From positions 2,668 to 66,667 of the forward strand of contig CAIKYX010000103.1 of NCBI GenBank assembly GCA_903831745.1: 64,000 nucleotides of DNA, given 5' to 3'. This DNA comes from Oligoflexia bacterium. Its GTDB lineage: Bacteria; Bdellovibrionota; UBA1018; CAIMNF01. The notes under the pieces are model-generated. The model did no database searches. It saw nothing but the letters and a program-made list of their open reading frames with translations, and had not been told where the DNA came from. Shown in pieces: positions 59,268 through 64,000 of the stretch (position 1 is the first letter of the stretch; each line of letters starts with the position of its first letter). The translations under genes were made by a program, and so were the position numbers.

Positions 59268-59626
59268 CTGACCCAAGACAAATGAGCGGGCGACATCGAC
59301 ATGACTTCGATTGGCTTTCGTCCTTCGAGCGTTTCATTTTCTTTTGTCAGCCAGTCGTTCTGCGCCTCTTTTGCCGGAAACTTTTCATTTAACGCCTTAA
59401 AAATCGAAACCAACGGCGGAACACTCTCGAATCCGGCCGGAAGAGTGGGTAGATTTAGCGCATCTTCCCGTGAAAGGCTTAAATGTTTTTTGAGCAATTC
59501 CGGCTCAACGTGCGCAATCTTGGCCAGTTGATCGACGCTGAGCTCCCACCCCAATTGCACCTTTCGCAACCAATCAAAAATGGTTTTATCTTCTGAATGC
59601 TCGTTGTCCTGCTGAATCATGGACAT
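59243..59626 (-). CDS. Xre/MbcA/ParS-like antitoxin-type protein (DUF2384-like C-terminus)
   Basis: The C-terminal DWLTKENETLEGRKPIEVM resembles the WL..pN..LgG..Pi motif of DUF2384. Start at 59626 (MSMIQQ) or 59662. The family call is tentative. Confidence 0.4.
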   Translation of the reverse strand: MSMIQQDNEHSEDKTIFDWLRKVQLGWELSVDQLAKIAHVEPELLKKHLSLSREDALNLPTLPAGFESVPPLVSIFKALNEKFPAKEAQNDWLTKENETLEGRKPIEVMSMSPAHLSWVSYASLSNT

Positions 59627-59712
59627 TTTATACCACTCGATTGAGACGATGTAAAATTTCAATAATCACTGTCATTCATTGAATCGGAGTATCATGGCCA
59701 TTACCAGGCATT

Positions 59713-59753
59713 CTAGCTGCCGCAAGTGGCAAAGCCACTTTGTGGCAGCCTCA
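59713..59753 (+). repeat. full-length intergenic palindromic (REP-like) element
   Basis: CTAGCTGCCGCAAGTGGCAAAGCCACTTTGTGGCAGCCTCA. Confidence 0.7.
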
Positions 59754-59772
59754 TAACAAGAGGAGCACTATT

Positions 59773-60213
59773 ATGAAATCACCCACCTACGAAGTAAATA
59801 AAAACGGAGAAATTGTTTCAGAAACCCTCTCCATGACCCGAACCAAATCTGTACTTCCCAATTTGAAAGGCGAATGGGATGTCATGGATGGCGAACATCA
59901 GGTCAGCCACCACTCGAGCCTGAAACAAGCCATTTCGCATGCAACCAGCTTGGCACAACAGGATCACAGCGAACTCGTCATCTATGGCCGCGATGGAAAG
60001 CTCAAGGATCGGATCAGTTTTGGCGATATCATCGAACCCGAAGCAGGTACCGAAGCGACCGGAATTCCTTCAAACGACGAAAACGATCGCAATTCGAGCC
60101 ATGAGAAAATATTCTATAAAGCAGGCCCGAATCGCCCGGTGACTGCAAATCGCCGGGATGTCATCGGTGACCACAGTTCAGGAAAAAAATCGAGTCACCA
60201 AAAATTGCATTAG
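59773..60213 (+). CDS. DUF2188-like protein with disordered C-terminal tail
   Basis: AGGAG lies 8 nt upstream of ATG 59773. The segment HSSLKQAISHATSLAQQDHSELVIYGRDGKLKDRISFG resembles DUF2188. Confidence 0.45.
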   Translation: MKSPTYEVNKNGEIVSETLSMTRTKSVLPNLKGEWDVMDGEHQVSHHSSLKQAISHATSLAQQDHSELVIYGRDGKLKDRISFGDIIEPEAGTEATGIPSNDENDRNSSHEKIFYKAGPNRPVTANRRDVIGDHSSGKKSSHQKLH

Positions 60214-61226
60214 CCGTGTCCGCCCATTAGAAACGGTTCATCGAGATAACTCATGTCCCGCTTCTTGATCGCTACAGAAAAAAATTCGTGGGCAGTGGCC
60301 CAAAGCTCTTCGTTCGTGGGAATGTGAAAAACCTTTCCGCGAAAGGCTCCAGCTCCAGGATAGCCGCTTGAATACCAGGCCAGAAATTTTCGAGCATGTA
60401 ACAACGAACGCTCTCCGAAGGTTTCAAGTAGATAACCGCGCTGCTGCTCAAGTAGCAGCAAAAGTGCTTCAGCCGTTATGACTTTTACCGGACGGCCCGA
60501 AAGCAAATCGAGACTCTGTTCAAAAATAAAAGGATTTCGAAGCGCCCCTCGGCCAATCATGACCGCATCGACTCCATAAGTTTTATAACGAGAGACTGCT
60601 TGTTCAGCCGAAACGATATCGCCGTTACCGATAATCGGTATCGGGCTCTTTGCTTTGATCTCACCGATAAAATCCCAATCTGCTTCGCCTGAATATCCTT
60701 GAGCGCGGGTACGACCATGAATCTCCACCCAGTTTACGCCGACATCCGCGGCGACTTTGACTACTTCGTGCGCATTCTTTAGATTCGCATCCCAACCCGT
60801 ACGAATCTTGATTGTGACCGGAATCTTAACCGACTTCACCATCGCATCTAAAATCACGCCCAACATTTGCGGGTTACGGCACATTGCCGATCCTGCGCCT
60901 TTTTTGACCACCTTTGGAACCGGGCAGCCTAGATTGAGATCGACAAAGTTTGCCCCAAGCTTCTCTACGACCTGACAGGCTTTCACCAAATTGGTCTGAT
61001 CTTCACCAAAAATCTGAAGCCCTACCGGGCGCTCTTGCTCGACAAACTTTAAAAGCTCCATCGTCTTATCAGACGCATACTCGATACCGTTTGCCGAAAC
61101 GAGCTCGCTAATGACGACCGAACTTTGGTACTGGCGCATGAGTCTGCGAAACGGAGAATTGGTAATTCCCGCCATCGGTGCCAATAAAAAAGGATGGTCG
61201 ATTTCGATCGAGCCTAAGCGAAGCAT
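60210..61226 (-). CDS. dus: tRNA-dihydrouridine synthase
   Basis: Motifs LAPMAGITNSPFR and DLNLGCPVPKVVKKGAGSAM, with a TIM-barrel Dus signature. Confidence 0.9.
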   Translation of the reverse strand: MLRLGSIEIDHPFLLAPMAGITNSPFRRLMRQYQSSVVISELVSANGIEYASDKTMELLKFVEQERPVGLQIFGEDQTNLVKACQVVEKLGANFVDLNLGCPVPKVVKKGAGSAMCRNPQMLGVILDAMVKSVKIPVTIKIRTGWDANLKNAHEVVKVAADVGVNWVEIHGRTRAQGYSGEADWDFIGEIKAKSPIPIIGNGDIVSAEQAVSRYKTYGVDAVMIGRGALRNPFIFEQSLDLLSGRPVKVITAEALLLLLEQQRGYLLETFGERSLLHARKFLAWYSSGYPGAGAFRGKVFHIPTNEELWATAHEFFSVAIKKRDMSYLDEPFLMGGHG

Positions 61227-61233
61227 GAATTCA

Positions 61234-62322
61234 CTAGACTTTCAGGACTCCGCGCTTGATCTGATCGCGCTCGATCGCCTCAAAAAGAGCAAAGAAATTT
61301 CCTTCGCCGAAACCGTTGTTGCCTTTTCGTTGAATGAATTCTGCGAAGAAAGGCCCCACCAGCTCTTGGGTGAAGATCTGCATGAGATAACCCCCACCTT
61401 CACCGTCGAGCAAAATTCCGAGTTCTTCGAGTAATTTCAGATCTTCTGTCACACCCGGAACGCGGGTCGGAACCACTTCGTAATAAGTCGAAGGAACCGT
61501 TAAGAACTTGATTCCATTTTTGCGATAAGTGCGCAGCCCGTTTACAATATCAGTCGTCTGAAACGCAAGATGCTGAACCCCTGCACCTTTAAAGCGATTC
61601 ACGAACTCTTGCACCTGACTCTCGGGCTCAGTGGCCTCATTGATCGGTACTTTAATTCGGCCACACTCAGACTGAACCACATCAGACAAAAGTCCGGTTC
61701 GTCCGGTTTTGATATTAAAACGGCGAACCGCTTTAAACTGAAACACATCTTGATAAAAACTCAGCCACGTATTGAATTGTCCCATGTCGATATTGTTCGT
61801 CAGATGATCGATCCGGTAAATTCCGGAAGGAGACGGACTTTCTAATCTGGGGATGACTACAGAATCGAGAAAAAGAGCTGGCTTTGAGGGATCATTTGCC
61901 GTCTGCTTGCGGGTTACAAAACGATAGCGAAAATCGGCTGGCGAATAAATCTCGGCGACCGTAATACGGCCTTCCGGTGATTCAAGCACCCTTGGCTCCA
62001 TTGCCGGACGGGCACCGCGGGCTACGGTTTCACGAAACGCCTCAGCGGCATCTTCGACTTCCATGCCGAGCACACTGATTCCATCACCGTGTTCTTTCAA
62101 AAAAGTATAACTCGGTTGTGCATGCGCATTCGCCGAACCGTCATACTGATTGAGCACCAGGCGCGCGCGCCCCTGCGCCATGACCGTTTGCTTTACGCCT
62201 TGTGCGGGGACTTCGACTTCTACTACTTTTTCGAAGCCCATTTTCGACCACATGGCCACATGTTCGTCAGTACGGTTGACCGTAAACTCGATGTGATCAA
62301 AGCCTTCATTTAAAAACTTCAT
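61234..62322 (-). CDS. hppD: 4-hydroxyphenylpyruvate dioxygenase
   Basis: Two VOC modules with GVQHLAF and the C-terminal FFAEFIQRKGNNGFGEGNFFALFEAIE typical of HPPD. Confidence 0.85.
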   Translation of the reverse strand: MKFLNEGFDHIEFTVNRTDEHVAMWSKMGFEKVVEVEVPAQGVKQTVMAQGRARLVLNQYDGSANAHAQPSYTFLKEHGDGISVLGMEVEDAAEAFRETVARGARPAMEPRVLESPEGRITVAEIYSPADFRYRFVTRKQTANDPSKPALFLDSVVIPRLESPSPSGIYRIDHLTNNIDMGQFNTWLSFYQDVFQFKAVRRFNIKTGRTGLLSDVVQSECGRIKVPINEATEPESQVQEFVNRFKGAGVQHLAFQTTDIVNGLRTYRKNGIKFLTVPSTYYEVVPTRVPGVTEDLKLLEELGILLDGEGGGYLMQIFTQELVGPFFAEFIQRKGNNGFGEGNFFALFEAIERDQIKRGVLKV

Positions 62323-64000
62323 TGCAAAAACTCCGGAGGGGTTGGCACAGAGGTCTCGGCGCTATTCTGGCTGTTGACCAGGTTCGGATGAAACTTGAGA
62401 TTCGGTTTCAGCGCGTCGATATAAGTATAACCCTGCAATACGTTTTCGTAAAAGTTTTGCAACTCCACACCTTCGCGAGGCTTAATGACTCCTTCACGCA
62501 CCTTGCGGTCGATCAGGCCTTTTACTTCGCGCTCGATATGAGCTGGAGAATATTGAATCCACGAAAGAACGCTCGCGATATTGTTTCCGCGAATGACTTC
62601 TTCGATGTAGTAGCCACCCGGCTCGGTTTCATCGAGGAACACGTGCACTTCATTTACTTTTCCGAAAAGATTGTGAAGGTCGCCCATGATGTCCTGATAA
62701 GCACCGGTCAGAAAAAATCCTATGTAATAGGCTTCATTGTCCTTAAGAGCATGAAGCTTGATCGTATCTTTGACATCGCGAAGATCGACGAACTTACTCA
62801 TCTTTCCATCTGAGTCGCAGGTAATGTCGACCAGAGTTGCGGTATTGACCGGCTCTTCGTCGAGACGATGAATCGGGGTGACCGGAAACAATTGTTGAAT
62901 CGCCCAGTGATCTGGCATCGATTGAAAAATCGAGAAATTACCGAGGTATTGATCCGCCAATGCCTTCGTAATTTTTTCGACCTCTTCAGGAATGTAGCGC
63001 ATGTCTGGCGCCCAATGCGCGACCTTGCGGCAAATTTGCCAGAACAAGTGCTCGATTTTAGCTCGATCCGAAAGATTCAAAAGCCCGAGCTTGAAACTGC
63101 TCAAGGCCTCTTCCTTACGTTGAATCGCTTCATTCAAACTTTCCATCATTGTCCGAAAAGTCATGTTCTGATAGGCGTAGCGCATTTCCTTGACGACGTT
63201 ATGTTCGTCATCTGTTTCAGGCAGATCGAGCGGAGTCGTACCCACTTCGATCGAGCCGAAGATATTCACGATCAGAACCGAATGGTGGGCCGCAATAGCA
63301 CGACCACTTTCAGAAACGATCGTTGGAACCGGCACTTCTTCGTGCGCGCAAATCTCTTGAATCGAATAAACGACGTCAGAACAATACTCTTGAAGCGAGT
63401 AATTGATCGAACTTTCGAAATCCGTGTGTGATCCGTCGTAATCGACGCCCAATCCACCGCCCACGTCGAGATACTCGAGTTTGTAGCCCATTTTATAGAG
63501 CTCTGCATAGAAACGGGTCGCTTCTTTGACCGCTTCCTTGATGGTACGAATGTTGGTTACTTGTGAACCCACGTGAAAATGCAAAAGCTTGAGGCTGTCG
63601 TGATATCCCTCTTGTGTGAGGTAATTGATGACGTACAGCAATTCAGGGGTAGTCAGACCGAATTTTGCAAGCTCACCGCCCGAAGACTCCCACTTACCGG
63701 AACCTTTTGAATTTAGCTTACAGCGAACACCCACCAGAGGAGTAACGCCCATTTCGCGGGCGATCGATACAATCTGATGAACTTCGGAAAGCTTCTCGAT
63801 GACGATCAGGACTTTCTTACCCAACTTCACGCCCATCAGCGCGAGCTTGATTACTGAATAGTCCTTGTATCCGTTGACGATGACGAGGGCCTCGGGTGGA
63901 AGCTCCTGAGAAATGACCGCAGTCAATTCGGCTTTAGATCCTGCTTCGAGGCCATAAGCGTATTCGCGGCCTGCATCGACGACTTCTTCGACGACTTCGC
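62319..64000 (-). CDS. speA: biosynthetic arginine decarboxylase (5-prime partial, continues beyond window)
   Basis: The frame stays open to the window edge. VIVNGYKDYSVIKLALMG...VLIVIEKLSE parallels E. coli SpeA, and LEYLDVGGGLGVDYDG is present. The stop overlaps the hppD start (ATGA). Confidence 0.85.
   Translation of the reverse strand, partial: EVVEEVVDAGREYAYGLEAGSKAELTAVISQELPPEALVIVNGYKDYSVIKLALMGVKLGKKVLIVIEKLSEVHQIVSIAREMGVTPLVGVRCKLNSKGSGKWESSGGELAKFGLTTPELLYVINYLTQEGYHDSLKLLHFHVGSQVTNIRTIKEAVKEATRFYAELYKMGYKLEYLDVGGGLGVDYDGSHTDFESSINYSLQEYCSDVVYSIQEICAHEEVPVPTIVSESGRAIAAHHSVLIVNIFGSIEVGTTPLDLPETDDEHNVVKEMRYAYQNMTFRTMMESLNEAIQRKEEALSSFKLGLLNLSDRAKIEHLFWQICRKVAHWAPDMRYIPEEVEKITKALADQYLGNFSIFQSMPDHWAIQQLFPVTPIHRLDEEPVNTATLVDITCDSDGKMSKFVDLRDVKDTIKLHALKDNEAYYIGFFLTGAYQDIMGDLHNLFGKVNEVHVFLDETEPGGYYIEEVIRGNNIASVLSWIQYSPAHIEREVKGLIDRKVREGVIKPREGVELQNFYENVLQGYTYIDALKPNLKFHPNLVNSQNSAETSVPTPPEFLQ

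Noticed and set aside
59243-60213. The DUF2384-like and DUF2188-like genes as a toxin-antitoxin pair.
   Set aside because: The genes are divergent rather than co-transcribed. No RES or other toxin motif is visible. DUF2188 is not a known partner.

Overview
This is a gene-dense 64-kb chromosomal segment with about 54 protein-coding genes on both strands. I found no rRNA, tRNA, CRISPR array, transposase, integrase or phage-like gene.

The backbone is ordinary housekeeping: gdh, ddl, topA, pcp, an OmpR-type two-component pair, RluA/RlmI-type RNA-modifying enzymes, mutS2, uvrB, serA, fadH, an ABC-F ATPase, lon, clpP-clpX, dus, hppD and a 5-prime-partial speA.

Between these lie many secreted or lipoprotein hydrolases: a DUF1460 amidase-like protein, an EEP nuclease/phosphatase, a PLC/P1-nuclease-like protein, two alkaline-phosphatase/NPP-family enzymes and an S41 protease. 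There are also lineage-specific secreted ORFans. That content, the lipobox-rich proteome and the c-di-GMP module suggest a Bdellovibrio-like (Bdellovibrionota) predator. This is an inference I cannot verify without a database search.

I could not recognise a coherent multi-gene system with known defence or mobile-element hallmarks. The most unexplained loci are:
- a PilZ plus degenerate HD-GYP fusion protein (57909-59267);
- a minimal GAFTGA-less sigma-54-activator-like AAA+ protein (17807-18658), next to an RGG-rich protein and near a good sigma-54-type promoter (16408-16422);
- a 14-repeat GloVer-like lipoprotein with C-x4-C staples (32104-34539);
- a four-gene secreted-protein cluster bracketed by paralogues (44586-47273);
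- a Cys-rich/Gly-rich secreted pair (24019-26435);
- an intergenic palindromic repeat family, an orphan terminator that may mark a small RNA, and three near-consensus promoters placed so that the mRNAs would be leaderless.

All protein family calls rest on motifs read by eye from the translations. None has been checked against a database.
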